From Flavobacterium sp. (GTDB lineage: Bacteria > Bacteroidota > Bacteroidia > Flavobacteriales > Flavobacteriaceae), in assembly GCF_043773265.1 (NCBI RefSeq), contig NZ_JAYVFH010000227.1:2626-66625 (forward strand): 64,000 nucleotides of DNA. Direction: 5' to 3'. Shown here piece after piece: positions 1 to 9,209 of the stretch (positions are counted from its first letter, which is position 1; the number at the start of each line of letters is the position of its first letter). The notes beneath the pieces were generated by a model that ran no database searches, had not been told where the DNA came from, and saw only the letters and a program-made list of their open reading frames with translations. The position numbers and the translations under genes were made by a program.

Positions 1-70
1 AAGGAAATTTATAAAAGAATAATAAAACCCATCTAAATTTAATAAAAACAAGATGAGTTTTAAATATAAG

Positions 71-1117
71 TTATTGTTCAATAATTGACAAATAACGCTC
101 TAAACATTCTTTTTCTATTTGAGCAATAAACAATAAAAAATTTTCTTTATTGTTTGTTGTTTGAGAAGTTTCTAAAGATTGATAATAAGTCATTCTAGAA
201 TCATAATCACCTTTTATATTGGCAATTACAAAACCGTTTTGTAATAAAATTAAATTCATTACCAACCGCGAAGTTCTACCATTCCCATCAATAAATGGAT
301 GAATTGTTACTAATCTTTCGTGCATTTCTGCAGCAAGAATAATTGGATGCAATTTATTTTTATTGTTTTCATACCAAATAAAATAATCTTCCATTTGTTT
401 AGGAACAATAAAAGGTTGTGGTGGCATATGTGAACTTCCTTTTATCATAACTTGAACTCTTCGATATTTACCAGCATCTTCGGGTATAATTCCTCTAAGA
501 ATTAAATTATGAATTGCTAAAACTTCTCTTTCATTAAATGAAAAATTTCGTTCCATTAATAGTTTTATATAACCAATTGCCTCAACATGATTTATTGCTT
601 CTAGGTGTTCACGCATACTTTTTCCTGAAATGGTTAAACCTTCATTTATGACCAAATCTGTCTCACGAAGTGTTAATGTATTTCCTTCAATTCTATTACT
701 TTCAAATGTGTATTCAAGTTCTAGTGCTTGAGCAATTCTAAAACTATCAAATGCACGAAATTTATCAAGCTTTGATTTTAAAACATCAATTTCGGATAAT
801 AAATTATTTAAATTTGTAGAAAGTAAATGAGTTGATTTTTGGTAAACTTCTCTTTCTTCTTGAACTTGCATCATTGCTTTTATAGCCAAATTATCATCTC
901 CAATTTCATAAAGAATTCTTTGTTTTAGCCAAGCGACCATCAATGTTTCATAGTCTATTTCTAAAACCTGGGCAAGTTTTAATACTTGATCCTTAGTAGG
1001 TTTGCGTGTGCCATTTTCAAATTTACTAATCAATGCTTGATCAATACCTAAAAGTTGTGCTAACTCTCGAGTTTTTATGTTTTTTTTTTCTCTAGCGTTT
1101 TTTAATAAAGTTTGCAT
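71..1117 (-). CDS. XRE-type HTH / Fic domain fusion protein
   Basis: N-terminal HTH (ELAQLLGIDQALISKFENG), Fic motif HPFIDGNGRTSR, inhibitory-helix motif SNRIEGN. Confidence 0.9.
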   Translation of the reverse strand: MQTLLKNAREKKNIKTRELAQLLGIDQALISKFENGTRKPTKDQVLKLAQVLEIDYETLMVAWLKQRILYEIGDDNLAIKAMMQVQEEREVYQKSTHLLSTNLNNLLSEIDVLKSKLDKFRAFDSFRIAQALELEYTFESNRIEGNTLTLRETDLVINEGLTISGKSMREHLEAINHVEAIGYIKLLMERNFSFNEREVLAIHNLILRGIIPEDAGKYRRVQVMIKGSSHMPPQPFIVPKQMEDYFIWYENNKNKLHPIILAAEMHERLVTIHPFIDGNGRTSRLVMNLILLQNGFVIANIKGDYDSRMTYYQSLETSQTTNNKENFLLFIAQIEKECLERYLSIIEQ

Positions 1118-1122
1118 TTTAT

Positions 1123-1158
1123 TTATGACTTAATTATTCATGACAAATTTAGTCATAA
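1123..1158. promoter_or_regulatory. Two tandem ATGAC-N7-(G/T)TCAT palindromes over the -7 box of the HTH-Fic gene
   Basis: ATGACttaattaTTCAT 1125-1141 and ATGACaaatttaGTCAT 1140-1156; minus-strand TAAATTTG at 1144-1151. Confidence 0.6.
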
Positions 1159-1196
1159 TTTTTGAACAAAAAAAACAATCAATATTTTTTTTATTT

Positions 1197-1652
1197 TTAA
1201 TTAAATTCTTTTTTGATTCTCGCTAAATCGCGTTTGGTATCTTGTTCTTTTAGAGATTCGCGCTTGTCATAGGTTTTTTTACCACGGCAAAGTCCAATTT
1301 CTAGTTTAGCCAATCCTTTTTCATTAGTAAATAATCTAAGCGGAACAATTGTTAAACCTTTAGTTTCAACACTACGAGCAAGTGATTTTAATTCTTTTTT
1401 ATTGAGTAAAAGTTTACGTTCACTTCTCGCTTTGTGGTTAAATTGATTTCCAAAAGCATATTCTTCAATTGAAGTATTAATAGCAAACAATTCAAGATTA
1501 TTAAATTCACAAAAACTTTCAGTAATATTAGCTTTGCCTAAACGAATTGATTTTATTTCTGTACCTGTTAACACAATTCCTGCCGAATAAGTTTCGAGAA
1601 TTTCATAATCGAATTTGGCTTTTTTATTAAGTATGTTAGCAGTTTTTATCAT
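1197..1652 (-). CDS. smpB: SsrA-binding protein
   Basis: NKKAKFDY, AGIVLTGTEIKSIR, RKLLLNKKE, GKKTYDKRE motifs. Confidence 0.98.
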   Translation of the reverse strand: MIKTANILNKKAKFDYEILETYSAGIVLTGTEIKSIRLGKANITESFCEFNNLELFAINTSIEEYAFGNQFNHKARSERKLLLNKKELKSLARSVETKGLTIVPLRLFTNEKGLAKLEIGLCRGKKTYDKRESLKEQDTKRDLARIKKEFN

Positions 1653-1812
1653 TATGGCAAATGTAGTAAAAAATACTAAAATTATTTTTTAGTTATTGAA
1701 ATAAGTTTAAACGACTTCATTGTAATAAAATGTTAATAACAAAATAAAATAGTAATAAAACAGAATAAATAAATTGGTATTTTCGTAAAACTAACCATAA
1801 AAAAAACCTAAA

Positions 1813-3318
1813 ATGATAAAAAAATTATTAAAATTATGTGTATTATCACTATTTGTGTTTTCAGCTTGTTCAAAAGATGAAAGTAACACTGACCAAATTG
1901 TAATTAATCAAGCTCAAACAAATTCTTTAACAATAGATGAAATAAATTCTAAAATAGATCAATCATTTGCTACAAAAGGTTCTTTTAATTGGAATGAAGC
2001 GTCAAATCATGTTTTATGGAGTGCAATTTATCAAGGACAAAAAGTTGCGTCAATTGGTTTTGGAAATACTGTTGCCGATTTTGATAGAAGTAAAACATCA
2101 AATAATAAAGTTATTGAAAACGAGATATTGAATATTATTATTAGATACGAAGGAAAATCAATAAATAATATTTTAATTGTTTCAGATCGATATTTAAATC
2201 AAATAGATGTAATAATTGAAAAACAAGAAACTATAATTGCATTAAAACGTAGTAAATACATTCGCTATTTAGAACCAGCAGATTTTAGTTATTCTGGAGT
2301 AAATAGTGGTTTAGAAAAATCATCTTCATCATCTTCTGGTTGTGGATATGAATCAGAAACTTTAAGTACAACAGATTATACAACAGTAACTCCAAACGCA
2401 AAAGCACCTTGGACATTTTACCAACATAATATTCCTGCTGCTTGGAGTTTATCAACAGGAAGTGGAATAACTATTGGAATTATAGATTCTGGAACTTCGC
2501 CAAATCAAACACTTTTAGGAAGTAATTTTAATGATGGACTTTCATCAGGTAGATCAATTCAAAAATTTGGAACTTATGTAGATTCTATTTGGCCTTGGAG
2601 TACAGCAACTGATGGACCAGATGACCAATGCGGTCATGGAACAAGTATGGCATCTGTAGCTGCAGCACCAAGAAACGACAATGGTTTACCTGTTGGAGTT
2701 GCTTATAATTCAAATTTAATAACTTATCGTGCAGCTTCCAATGTGGTTCTTGATGGTTATCATGAGCAAAATGGAGTGAAAAATGCTTTCACAGCATTAG
2801 GAAATAATGCATCTGTAAAAATTATATCTATGTCAATGGGAAATATTATTTCTGTTGGAAAAATATCAGATGGTGTAAAATATGCCTATAATAAAGGAAA
2901 ACTAATTTTTTGTGCAGGCGGAACATCAACAAGTTTTACAACTTTTGTAGGAGTTATTTTTCCTGCTTGGATGCCAGAAGCTGTTGCAGTAACTGGTGTA
3001 AAAGAAGGAACATCAAATCAAAAATGTGATGTTTGCCATGTTGGTAGTAAAATAGATTTTACTATTCAAATGCAAAGAACTAGCTCAGGAAATTCAGTTC
3101 CAGTTGATAGTTATTATGACAATCAATCAGATTATGTTGGTGGCTCATCAGTAGCTACTGCAACAACAGCTGGAATTGCAGCATTAGTTTGGTCTGCACA
3201 TCCAACTTGGACAAGAGATCAGGTTTTAACAAAAATGAAACAATCGGCAACTTATTATCCAACTAAAAATGCTGATTATGGACACGGAAACATAAATGCA
3301 TTATTAGCAGTTCAATAA
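1813..3318 (+). CDS. S8 family (subtilisin-like) serine peptidase, lipoprotein
   Basis: Lipobox FSAC; triad motifs IIDSG, HGTSMAS, GGSSVATA; C-terminal YGHGNINA. Confidence 0.88.
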   Translation: MIKKLLKLCVLSLFVFSACSKDESNTDQIVINQAQTNSLTIDEINSKIDQSFATKGSFNWNEASNHVLWSAIYQGQKVASIGFGNTVADFDRSKTSNNKVIENEILNIIIRYEGKSINNILIVSDRYLNQIDVIIEKQETIIALKRSKYIRYLEPADFSYSGVNSGLEKSSSSSSGCGYESETLSTTDYTTVTPNAKAPWTFYQHNIPAAWSLSTGSGITIGIIDSGTSPNQTLLGSNFNDGLSSGRSIQKFGTYVDSIWPWSTATDGPDDQCGHGTSMASVAAAPRNDNGLPVGVAYNSNLITYRAASNVVLDGYHEQNGVKNAFTALGNNASVKIISMSMGNIISVGKISDGVKYAYNKGKLIFCAGGTSTSFTTFVGVIFPAWMPEAVAVTGVKEGTSNQKCDVCHVGSKIDFTIQMQRTSSGNSVPVDSYYDNQSDYVGGSSVATATTAGIAALVWSAHPTWTRDQVLTKMKQSATYYPTKNADYGHGNINALLAVQ

Positions 3319-3407
3319 TATTTAGCAAATTATTTTAATAATCATCTTGTCTAAAAAATGAGATGGTTTTTTTATGTCAACCAATTTCAATAAACTATTT
3401 TTGCGTC

Positions 3408-3635
3408 ATGGAAAAACAAAAAGATCCACTTCACGGAATTACACTTCAAAAAATAGTTGAGCAATTAGTTGATTATTATGGTTTTGATACTTTGGAAGAA
3501 TTTATAAATATTAAATGTTTCAAAGAAAATCCCAGTGTGAAATCGAGTTTAACTTTTTTGAGAAAAACTGATTGGGCAAGAAAAAAAGTAGAAGAATTAT
3601 ATATTAGAACCTTACCAAAATTAAAAACCCTTTAA
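3408..3635 (+). CDS. VF530 family (DUF2132) small protein
   Basis: DPLHGITL...CF...PSVKSSLTFLRKTDWARKKVE; start moved to ATG 3408. Confidence 0.9.
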   Translation: MEKQKDPLHGITLQKIVEQLVDYYGFDTLEEFINIKCFKENPSVKSSLTFLRKTDWARKKVEELYIRTLPKLKTL

Positions 3636-3655
3636 AGATTTTTTTAAAGGGTTTT
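3625..3655. terminator. Bidirectional intrinsic terminator
   Basis: AAACCCTTTA...TAAAGGGTTT inverted repeat between convergent genes. Confidence 0.65.
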
Positions 3656-3665
3656 ATTTTATTTT

Positions 3666-5192
3666 TTAATTCTCAGCAATACCTTTCCATTTTTTTATTT
3701 TTATAGAAAAGAAGTACATCATAACTATTACAAAAACTACGTTTAGCCAAAGCATTGATTCATCATTATCTTTTAGAAATTTTAAAACTGGATAATTATC
3801 ATAGTTAAAATCATCATATCTTTCATAATATCCATAAGTGTATTTTAAAAAATTAAAAAGCAAGTAATAAACAATTGGAATTACTGTTGGAAATAGCCAC
3901 AACAATCCGTTTAATGTAATTGGAGAAATACCTTTAGTAGTTTTTCTAGAAGTAATAAATATAAAATAAATAAATAAGGACATTGAAACAACTAACAATC
4001 CGGATAAGTAAAATTTTTCTGAACCAAATATTCCTGATAATATTCCCAATAAAATATTTAAAACACCTAAACTTACCAAAGCAATTAGCCAATTTCTGCC
4101 AGAACTTATTCTAAATGAAAAAATAACTATTGCTAATCCGAAAGAAAAATAGAGCGCAAATAAAATCATTTCTTCTTTTATAGACGAACTTGTATAAGTT
4201 GATGCAATTTCTTCATAATTTGAAAACAAAACTTCAGCTGGAACATAATTTCGATTGAAAATATATTTTTCTTTTCCTATAGTTTTTGTATACTGGTTTA
4301 TAGAGTCATAATTATATTCATAAGCTCCATCTATAGTAGTTGTTTCAGAGTTTGCATATTCATTACCATAATTATTATAATATCCTTTTTCTTCTTTTGC
4401 AACTTTTAAAGTTTGTGTAAATGTTGGGTAATTATAAACAATAGAAAACCATTTTTCGGCATCTACATTTGATCTTAGATTGTGCTCATTTGCAATTTTA
4501 AAAAAATCATTCATAACAGCTTTGATTGAATCTTTTTGCTGATTTACAAGCCAATTTTTTATTTTAATTTTTGTTAATGAATCAGATGTAACTTCAAAAA
4601 AACTAAAGTTTTCAATATCTTTATTTATTAATGATTCTAATGAATATTTTTTATTATTAAATAAAACATGATCTAAAGGAACACTTTGTAGTGTGTCATT
4701 AATCATTTTATCAACATATTGTGGACCGTCATAAGTATAACCCAAAAACAAACTTGCTTTGGCTAGAGTTGCACATCTTTTAGTTGCTTCTTTCTCAGAA
4801 TAATAACTTTTTACTCGTAAATCGCTTCCAAACAAAAAACTAAAACTAAAAGAAGATATTAATATAAGTAAAGAAAAAATAATAAACCATTCTTTAAACA
4901 AAGAGTTGTTTCTCTTTGGATAAAAAGATTTAAAACCATTGTTTTTTAGATAAAAAACTAACCAAACGATAAACAATAAAATTGAGATTAAAACACCAAA
5001 GAAAAGTATGATTTCTTGATTGTTTTTATAATAATTGCCACCAGTTGTTGTAAAATCAATCTCACCAGAAACATAACCTAAGAAAAAGAAGATAATATTA
5101 AAAACGATTAAAAAACTTGCCATTGGAACAATTTTAATATTCCACAACAACGGATAATTTATCAATAAATAATTTTGAATTTTTTTAAACAT
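3666..5192 (-). CDS. Multi-pass membrane protein, probable ABC permease
   Basis: 3 N-terminal and about 5 C-terminal hydrophobic helices around a large soluble loop; 11 bp downstream of an ABC ATPase. Confidence 0.7.
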   Translation of the reverse strand: MFKKIQNYLLINYPLLWNIKIVPMASFLIVFNIIFFFLGYVSGEIDFTTTGGNYYKNNQEIILFFGVLISILLFIVWLVFYLKNNGFKSFYPKRNNSLFKEWFIIFSLLILISSFSFSFLFGSDLRVKSYYSEKEATKRCATLAKASLFLGYTYDGPQYVDKMINDTLQSVPLDHVLFNNKKYSLESLINKDIENFSFFEVTSDSLTKIKIKNWLVNQQKDSIKAVMNDFFKIANEHNLRSNVDAEKWFSIVYNYPTFTQTLKVAKEEKGYYNNYGNEYANSETTTIDGAYEYNYDSINQYTKTIGKEKYIFNRNYVPAEVLFSNYEEIASTYTSSSIKEEMILFALYFSFGLAIVIFSFRISSGRNWLIALVSLGVLNILLGILSGIFGSEKFYLSGLLVVSMSLFIYFIFITSRKTTKGISPITLNGLLWLFPTVIPIVYYLLFNFLKYTYGYYERYDDFNYDNYPVLKFLKDNDESMLWLNVVFVIVMMYFFSIKIKKWKGIAEN

Positions 5193-5203
5193 AATTGCAA
5201 GTA

Positions 5204-6364
5204 TTAGGAAACGAAAAATCGTCTTGTTGAGTTGGATATATTTCTAAAGTAAAGTAATTGAATTTTGTTTTCGGTTGCTAAAGTCATAAAATCATAAACT
5301 GTAACATTTTCTGAAAAATTCACTATGTAAGTTCCGCCATTAAATTGTAAAGAAATCATATTGAGTTTTGCAAAAACATCACCAAGTTGGCTTTGAGTCC
5401 AATTGCTTTCAAATTCAATAATTAGATTATTTTGTTGAATTTCATTTTCTGGATTTATTTTCTCGTGTAAGTTTTTTTGTTTTCCGTTTTTTAAGAAAAT
5501 GACTTGATCTGATGTTTTTTCTACTTCATACAATTGTTGCGAACTCAATACAATACCAATTGGTCTAAAAGCTGATTTTGCAATTGCTCTAAAATCTTCT
5601 AAAACAGTTTGTTGAGCAAGAATATCAAGATTAGCCAAAGGTTCATCAATTAATAATATTTTTGGTTTTCTAAGCAACATTCTTGCCAATTCAAAACGCA
5701 TTTTATATCCAGATGATAAACTCTTCCAACTATGATTTCTAAATTTTCGTAAACCCAATCGAGCAATAATTAATTCAACAACTAATTCATTTTCTTCGGG
5801 TTTATAACCATAATTTGTAGCTGTAAATTGTAAGTTTTCAAACATTGAACCATACCAAGTATCAGTTCGTTGAGGAATATAAACCAATTTGGTTCTTAAA
5901 TCATATAAATCTTTGTGTTCAAAATGGTAATCAATTTTTCCAGAAGTTGGATGTAATTCTCCACAAAGACTTCTTAAAAGTGTAGTTTTTCCGTTTCCGT
6001 TTTCGCCTACTAAACCTAGAATTTCTCCTTGATGTAATTCTAAATCAATTGGACCAAGACCAAAACTTGAACTTCCATAGTTTTTTTCTAAACCAGTAGT
6101 TGAAACCAATATTTTTTTATCAAGTATTGGTTTTTTTGATAAAGTTTCGTGTAAATCAGATAAAACGGTTTGGTATTTTTCTTTTTTACCATCAATATTG
6201 TTTTCATTTTGGTCTAACCAAACAAGGAAGTCGTTTGTTTTTTTGTAATGGTTTAACTCTTCTGTGTCAAGTGTTAAATCAATAATTCTCTTTGTTAAAA
6301 TAGAATAGTCTTCAAATTTTAAAAAATTTTGTAACTCTTCATATTGTTTTTCAAATTCGTTCAT
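5204..6364 (-). CDS. ABC transporter ATP-binding protein with N-terminal extension
   Basis: Walker A GENGNGKT, signature LSSGY, Walker B LLIDEP; ATG start at 6364. Confidence 0.9.
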   Translation of the reverse strand: MNEFEKQYEELQNFLKFEDYSILTKRIIDLTLDTEELNHYKKTNDFLVWLDQNENNIDGKKEKYQTVLSDLHETLSKKPILDKKILVSTTGLEKNYGSSSFGLGPIDLELHQGEILGLVGENGNGKTTLLRSLCGELHPTSGKIDYHFEHKDLYDLRTKLVYIPQRTDTWYGSMFENLQFTATNYGYKPEENELVVELIIARLGLRKFRNHSWKSLSSGYKMRFELARMLLRKPKILLIDEPLANLDILAQQTVLEDFRAIAKSAFRPIGIVLSSQQLYEVEKTSDQVIFLKNGKQKNLHEKINPENEIQQNNLIIEFESNWTQSQLGDVFAKLNMISLQFNGGTYIVNFSENVTVYDFMTLATENKIQLLYFRNISNSTRRFFVS

Positions 6365-6381
6365 AAACACGTATATATTTT

Positions 6382-6942
6382 TTATTTTTTAAAATTTCTT
6401 TTCAAAATAGAATAAATTGCGGTATCCAAAAATTTTTCATCATACAATTCATTTTCTATAAAGTGAGCTTCTTTGACAAATCCGTTTTTTATTAAAACTT
6501 TTTCAGATGCAATATTGTCTGGATCAATAACTGCTTCTATAGAATGCATATTTAAATCTTCAAAACCATATTTTAAAACTACTTCAATTGCTTCGGTAAC
6601 AATGCCTTTTCCCCAATATTCTTTCAAAATCATATAACCAATTTCGCAACGATGATTTTCTGGCTGAATTCTATAATGACCAATAATTCCAATTAATTTA
6701 GGATTTCCTTTTATAGTAATTGCCCAATTAATTCCAACGTTACTTTCAATTTTATCTTCAATCATATTAATATGTTCCAAAGCTTCCTCTTGAGAAGTTA
6801 CCAAAGGTCTTGGAATGTATTTCATTGTTTCTTTATCACTACGAAGTTTTAAAACCTCGGCAACATCATTTACAGAAACTCTTCGCAATAATAATCGATT
6901 AGTTTCTAAGTTTTTAAACGGATGAAAATTTATGGTTAACAT
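6382..6942 (-). CDS. GNAT family N-acetyltransferase (RimJ/RimL-like)
   Basis: LETNRLLLR, EIGY...YWGKGIVTE, NIASEKVLIKNGF. Confidence 0.9.
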   Translation of the reverse strand: MLTINFHPFKNLETNRLLLRRVSVNDVAEVLKLRSDKETMKYIPRPLVTSQEEALEHINMIEDKIESNVGINWAITIKGNPKLIGIIGHYRIQPENHRCEIGYMILKEYWGKGIVTEAIEVVLKYGFEDLNMHSIEAVIDPDNIASEKVLIKNGFVKEAHFIENELYDEKFLDTAIYSILKRNFKK

Positions 6943-6962
6943 AAAAATATTTTTCTGTGAAT

Positions 6963-7811
6963 TTATAAAATTTCTATCGAAAACTGATAATCAATACTAC
7001 TTTTTGAAGATAAAATTTTAATTTCTTCTTTTTCTAATAATTTTCCAGTTGTATTGAGCGTGTCAGAATAACCAAGCCAAGGTTCGATGCAAATAAATGA
7101 AGCATTTATTTTCGTCCAAATTCCAAGGTTGTTAAAATCATTAAATTTTACTTTTAGAATTGGGTTTTCATTTTCAAGAATTGTTATTTCTTTAGATTGT
7201 AACGATTTAAAAATTAAAGCATCATTTTTAAAAGTCGAGTAGGAAAGTGGTAATTTTTTATTTTTTAATTCTATTTCATAATTGTTATTAGATAATAAAT
7301 CGTTTTCTAGTGTAAAACACTTTAAGACTTCTTGTTCTTGAAATTCTAAGGAATAATTTTCAAAATTCTCTTCTAATGCAAATGCTGGATGTGCGCCAAT
7401 ACTGAAAGGAATTTCTATTTCTTCAAGATTTATTATTTTATAATTTATTGATACTTTTTTTTTGGACAAAGTATAATGGAGTTGCAATTCAAATTTAAAT
7501 GGATAAATTTTTAAAGTTTCATCATCATATTTTAAAGAAAATACGATTTCAATATCTGATTGACTTATTACTGTAAATTCTTTATCTCTTGCAAAACCAT
7601 GCCTAGACATTTCATATTTTTTATTATTATATAAATATGAATTGTCTTTTAAGGTTCCAACAATTGGAAATAAAACCGGAGAATGTTTACCCCAAAAAAC
7701 AGAGTTTCCTTCCCAAATATATTCTTTAAAATTACTTTTTAATGAAATTAATTCTGCTCCAAAATGTTTTATTGTTGCTGATAAAAAATCATTTTTAAGA
7801 GTTGATGTCAT
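6963..7811 (-). CDS. Aldose 1-epimerase family protein (LacX-like)
   Basis: GAELISL, PVLFPIVG, HGFAR, GAHPAF, FICIEPW. Confidence 0.92.
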   Translation of the reverse strand: MTSTLKNDFLSATIKHFGAELISLKSNFKEYIWEGNSVFWGKHSPVLFPIVGTLKDNSYLYNNKKYEMSRHGFARDKEFTVISQSDIEIVFSLKYDDETLKIYPFKFELQLHYTLSKKKVSINYKIINLEEIEIPFSIGAHPAFALEENFENYSLEFQEQEVLKCFTLENDLLSNNNYEIELKNKKLPLSYSTFKNDALIFKSLQSKEITILENENPILKVKFNDFNNLGIWTKINASFICIEPWLGYSDTLNTTGKLLEKEEIKILSSKSSIDYQFSIEIL

Positions 7812-8310
7812 TATTAGCTTTTCTTTTTAAAACTAAAGCACCAACTAATGAAACTACAATTCCTAAAGGCAAAATTTCCATAAATGTCAATAAAATCACC
7901 ATTATTGGACTTTTATACCATTCTTTCATTTGGTTAATTTCTTTAGTTTTTTCGGCAATATCTTCTGGTTTTGTATTTTTCAAAACCATTTCACCATATT
8001 TTTCCATAAAATCTGGAAAGAAATTATAATGTATAATCAACCATACAATTACATAAATTATTGAAATTACTAATGAAATTAGTATACCTGTAATAAATGC
8101 TTTTCCAAAAGTTATACTATTATTATTGGCATCACGATGTTGCTTAATTCCAAGAATTACAAATACAAATGCTAAAAACATACTGCCAAAACCTACAATC
8201 ATGCTTGGTTCATTATCTGGATTGGCTTTCATATATAAAGTTACAAAAATCATAATCACACTTACAATAGTTCCGCCAATAATTCCGTTTTTTAAAATAA
8301 TGTTTTTCAT
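7795..8310 (-). CDS. DUF4199-like four-TM membrane protein
   Basis: Four TM helices, ITFGKAF..G motif, PDFMEKY loop. Confidence 0.8.
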   Translation of the reverse strand: MKNIILKNGIIGGTIVSVIMIFVTLYMKANPDNEPSMIVGFGSMFLAFVFVILGIKQHRDANNNSITFGKAFITGILISLVISIIYVIVWLIIHYNFFPDFMEKYGEMVLKNTKPEDIAEKTKEINQMKEWYKSPIMVILLTFMEILPLGIVVSLVGALVLKRKANNDINS

Positions 8311-8438
8311 AAATTAGTATGTTAGTTAATAAAATCTCTATATTATAATTCAATAAATGGTATTATATATTGGATGAGTAAATGTATAAAAAAACATCAA
8401 TTCTTTATCGAAATGATATTTGTATTTTAATATAAAAC

Positions 8439-9107
8439 TTAAAATAATATGTAACCAAACTTTATCCCAATAGAAATATTTACAGTATTTATTGTCCCAA
8501 TTGGTCTTATCAAACTTTCAACTTGTGTTCCGCCATGAAATTCATCATCTAAAATACCATCGTTTTCTTCTTGTGATAAATTATTTGAAGATTTTAAAAA
8601 ACGAATTCCTAATCCAAAATAATAAGTAAATGTAAATTTTTCTCCCAATTCTTCTACAAAACTATATTTTAAAGAAATGCAGTTCATTTTTCTTTTCATA
8701 GAATATTGTTTTTCAAAATTTGGTCCATCATTTATAGAAATGCTATCTTTAAAATCATAAGATTGTTGCTTGTATTGGTATTCAATGCCAAGATATTGAG
8801 TATTGTATTTATTTTCTAGAATTCTAAATTTAATTTCGGGTTTTATAAGATAACCACTAGAATTTATTTTAACACTTTGATTACTAGGTAAATAATTTCC
8901 TGCTTCAAGAGAAAAAGATAATTTATTCTGTAATTTTATGTCTGTACCATATCTAATTGATGGACCATCAAAAAAATCAATTAATGAAAGCGGAGCAATA
9001 TATAGTACTACTTTAGGATCTAAATCAGATTCATTTATTATTTCTTGTTGAGCATAACTTGATGAAATTGAAAACAATAGTAATAACAATAAGTAGGTTT
9101 TAATCAT
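8439..9107 (-). CDS. Putative outer-membrane beta-barrel protein (DUF3575-like)
   Basis: Signal peptide (SSSYAQ), amphipathic strands, C-terminal IGIKFGYILF. Confidence 0.6.
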   Translation of the reverse strand: MIKTYLLLLLLFSISSSYAQQEIINESDLDPKVVLYIAPLSLIDFFDGPSIRYGTDIKLQNKLSFSLEAGNYLPSNQSVKINSSGYLIKPEIKFRILENKYNTQYLGIEYQYKQQSYDFKDSISINDGPNFEKQYSMKRKMNCISLKYSFVEELGEKFTFTYYFGLGIRFLKSSNNLSQEENDGILDDEFHGGTQVESLIRPIGTINTVNISIGIKFGYILF

Positions 9108-9209
9108 TTAGTTTAGTAATTTATTCTTGCTAAAGTAATAATTTTATACAAATAAAAAAACACCAACTCATTACTGAATTGATGTTTTCAAATAAAATTT
9201 TCTTTATTT

